The translations under genes and the position numbers were made by a program. A DNA stretch of 16,111 nucleotides from Candidatus Sericytochromatia bacterium (lineage in GTDB: Bacteria; Cyanobacteriota; Sericytochromatia; S15B-MN24; JAQBPE01): positions 43,232-59,342 of the forward strand of contig JBBAPZ010000019.1 in NCBI GenBank assembly GCA_040400605.1. Reading direction: 5' to 3'. Below are positions 15,268 through 16,111 of the stretch, in pieces. Position 1 is the stretch's first letter. Every line of letters starts with the position of its first letter. The notes under the pieces were generated by a model. It saw nothing but the letters and a program-made list of their open reading frames with translations, was not told the DNA's origin and did not search any database.

Positions 15268-15713
15268 TAACGTGCCTTGACTTCACTTTGTGAACGACTG
15301 TTTGGCAGCCTGCGAGAAGCGTGGCGATTCCCCCGGTTCGCCCAGTGCTGTCCATCCACCAAGGTCGTTGATTGTCTGTCAAATCTTTGTTGAAGCAATG
15401 CCGGTTGTCAGACCGGCACGGGGCGTGTCACCTTTTTGGCTTGGTCTGATGGATATCGTTTGAACAGTGAAATGGATGGTTCCCCAGTGCCGTCATACCA
15501 TCTGGCATTGCCAACCATCAGATTGACTGATTGTTCGTTAAATGTGCGTTGTGACCTTGCCGCAGGTACGACCCGAAGTCGGTCTGTCAACCCTTGCGTC
15601 TTGTTCTGATGGTCAGCGTCCGATCGGTGAAAATGATGGTTGGAATGGCGTGTTAAGCCAAAGCGCAAGCAGGGTATGCTGACGACGTAGCGTTTGCTGG
15701 GGGAGGGGATGGC

Positions 15714-16111
15714 ATGCGGCGACCGGTCGGCTGGATGACCCTGGCAATATTGGTCGCGTATGGTTGTGCGACGCCACAGACGTTGCGTCCTGTACCTGTG
15801 AGACCCCGCGCGGGATTGAGTGCTTCTGTCCCACCCGCGTCACAAGCGGTTGTCACCGCGTCGAACTCGTCTGCACGGAATCGTGCGACTGTTGGGATCC
15901 TGAAGCAACCGGCCAGCGGCACGGTTGCCCTGAAAGGGACGCTGAAACTGGATGCGGGCTATTTGGTAAATGCCGGGGCCGGCAAGGTGATGCTTGCCGG
16001 GCAACAGGGAGCACGCATCGCCGCAATTGGTGGCGGCAGACTCGTCGGTAATGATGCGGCGTCATTGGTTGGTAATGATGCGGCGTCACTGGTTGGTAAT
16101 GATGCGGCGTC
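15714..16111 (+). CDS. Lipoprotein with LVGNDAAS tandem repeats, 5' part only (runs off the right edge)
   Basis: Not in the ORF track; translated by hand from ATG 15714 (GGGAGGGG at 15701-15708): MRRPVGWMTLAILVAYG|CATPQ...ILKQPASGTVALKGTLKLDAGYLVNAGAG...RLVGNDAASLVGNDAASLVGNDAAS, with no stop before the edge. Confidence 0.87.
   Translation, partial: MRRPVGWMTLAILVAYGCATPQTLRPVPVRPRAGLSASVPPASQAVVTASNSSARNRATVGILKQPASGTVALKGTLKLDAGYLVNAGAGKVMLAGQQGARIAAIGGGRLVGNDAASLVGNDAASLVGNDAA
16041..16111 (+). repeat. 24-bp in-frame tandem repeat, at least 3 copies (truncated by the window end)
   Basis: CTCGTCGGTAATGATGCGGCGTCA / TTGGTTGGTAATGATGCGGCGTCA / CTGGTTGGTAATGATGCGGCGTC; all differences between copies are synonymous. 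Confidence 0.95.

Noticed and set aside
15764..16051. Cys-rich 95-aa ORF resembling a metallothionein or RiPP precursor
   Set aside because: Alternative frame of the 15714 lipoprotein gene; TTG start with no SD. The lipoprotein frame is supported by an SD, a lipobox, paralogy and synonymous repeat variation.
16041..16111. 24-bp repeats as a possible CRISPR array
   Set aside because: Units are directly adjacent with no unique spacers, are in frame in a CDS, and there are no cas genes in the window.

Overview
GC-rich bacterial chromosomal window from a diderm organism. The lipoprotein style and the (LVGNDAAS)n repeat remind me of Ca. Sericytochromatia-type genomes, but that is an unverified recollection. 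Left to right: (1) the truncated 5' part of a minus-strand lipoprotein gene missed by the ORF track; (2) two convergent small hypothetical genes that look like distant paralogs and bracket a HEPN/MNT (type VII-like) toxin-antitoxin pair; (3) a four-EF-hand lipoprotein; (4) a 500-bp hairpin-rich intergenic region; (5) a J-domain/Zn-ribbon/TM/TPR protein transcribed divergently from (6) an eight-gene exopolysaccharide operon (STAS-fused priming phosphoglycosyltransferase, half-length TolC-like protein, kinase-less polysaccharide co-polymerase, Wzy/WaaL-family protein, GT4, GT2, QxxRW-type GT2, hexapeptide O-acyltransferase); (7) the truncated 5' part of a second lipoprotein gene, paralogous to the first and entering a 24-bp tandem repeat. 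The best candidate for an under-described system is the polysaccharide operon. It has no recognisable Wza/OPX, flippase or BY-kinase, but places a single-repeat 'half-TolC' where the outer-membrane exporter gene normally sits.
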